A stretch of 64,000 nt of DNA, taken from positions 3,844,001 through 3,908,000 of the forward strand of contig CM119375.1 of NCBI GenBank assembly GCA_051294905.1, read 5' to 3'. This DNA comes from Botryllus schlosseri. Taxonomy: Eukaryota. Under the pieces are notes generated by a model. It searched no databases. It saw only the letters and a program-made list of their open reading frames with translations, and was not told where the DNA came from. The translations under genes were made by a program, and so were the position numbers. Shown piece after piece: positions 63,350 through 64,000 of the stretch (positions are counted from its first letter, which is position 1; the number at the start of each line of letters is the position of its first letter).

Positions 63350-63463
63350 CTTCCATAACGAGTTTGACAGATTTCTCAATGAATCCAAATCTGTTTGTAG
63401 CGGTGATAGTGTATGTCCCCGCGTCCTCAGCAAATACGACACCAATGGCAAGAGTGTAAGAGC
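63350..63463 (-). CDS. TTN: Titin exon: C-terminal half of Z-disc Ig (approx. Z4)
   Basis: GSYTLAIGVVFAEDAGTYTITATNRFGFIEKSVKLVME; AG/GT flanks; phase 1-1. Confidence 0.88.
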
Positions 63464-63849
63464 CTGTAATATGAAAAAGTTACCTAACCATTGCATAATC
63501 GCATTCACGGATATGGATACATCTACATTCTACAGATGTGCCATAAGGCCATAGTGTCATAGCCACTCAAGTACGTAGTTTCGTAAAGTAGATTTAATCG
63601 AGAAGTCTCATGCCTTTAGCAGTTAATGGGAATTGTCTACTTCCTATATTACAAATTCAATCTTCTCAACTGAAGCAAAATCACCGGTGACGCTGCTAGT
63701 AGGCACAATCCTTGAAAATATATTGTCGTGATACGTGGGCTATTTCATGAAAACGAAGTACTTAGCTTTTGAACACATCTTATTAGGACTTAACTTTGTT
63801 ATATGAATTGGACGTAGTGTATTTTTGTCCTTGGTGTTTTGGCGGCATA

Positions 63850-64000
63850 CACTGACTCATGATGTACAGACACACGATCTGTGCATATGCATACCATGAG
63901 TGCATGATGTGCATATATATACACCATGAGTGCATGATGTGCATATGGCGCTGGACAAGGAACGTGCAGAAATAGCCTTGCAAGGCTTTCTAAGTCTTGC
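63850..64000. repeat. Dispersed repeat shared with 49135-49205, with a local tandem duplication
   Basis: GTGCATGATGTGCATAT..GGACAAGGAA..ATAGCCTTG.AAGG at both sites. Confidence 0.6.

Larger units (their letters stand above)
1..63463 (-). other. TTN: Titin/connectin gene (partial): 44 coding exons, Z-disc to Novex-3-like region, open at both ends
   Basis: GT-AG exon chain with matching phases throughout. Peptides such as DAWYTVTAVNKVGRDLTRCKVKV..EPEPERKLYIP, YDGIHYFEI..EDFRSVL and EITEAYPEDVGVY match human titin as I recall it, in the same order. Confidence 0.93.

Noticed and set aside
63685-63710. 26-nt micro-exon IVPTSSVT upstream of the 63463 exon
   Set aside because: Phase-compatible but weak donor and no clear homology; needs RNA evidence and the next window.

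Overview
Eukaryotic, AT-rich, intron-rich DNA. The whole window lies inside one very large minus-strand gene, a chordate-type titin (TTN/connectin) orthologue. Vertebrate-like domains with many extra introns and many MITEs suggest an invertebrate chordate such as a tunicate; this is inference only. I traced by hand a phase-consistent chain of 44 coding exons from 63463 to the left edge. It covers Z-disc Ig domains (about Z4, Z6-Z9), the proximal tandem Ig segment (I1-I15 minus one domain), a Novex-2/exon-47-like cassette, a 10,566-nt giant exon, and a Novex-3-like segment that runs out of the window. The giant exon is the most unusual part. It encodes about 3,520 disordered residues with at least 23 TQT motifs plus about 18 related xQT motifs (an LC8/DYNLL-type multivalent array), ten copies of a K/R-x-W-N-[PA]-x-x-[RK]-x-F-[ED] motif with chignolin-like hairpin spacing, five acidic FEIL-type motifs, ~320-aa tandem repeats and an RVxF PP1 motif. 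Introns carry hAT/Charlie-type, Tc1-type foldback and MULE-like MITEs, plus a strand-biased (CTAAT)n repeat family. Human titin domain labels come from my recollection of that sequence and need a real alignment. No RNA genes or CRISPR arrays were found.
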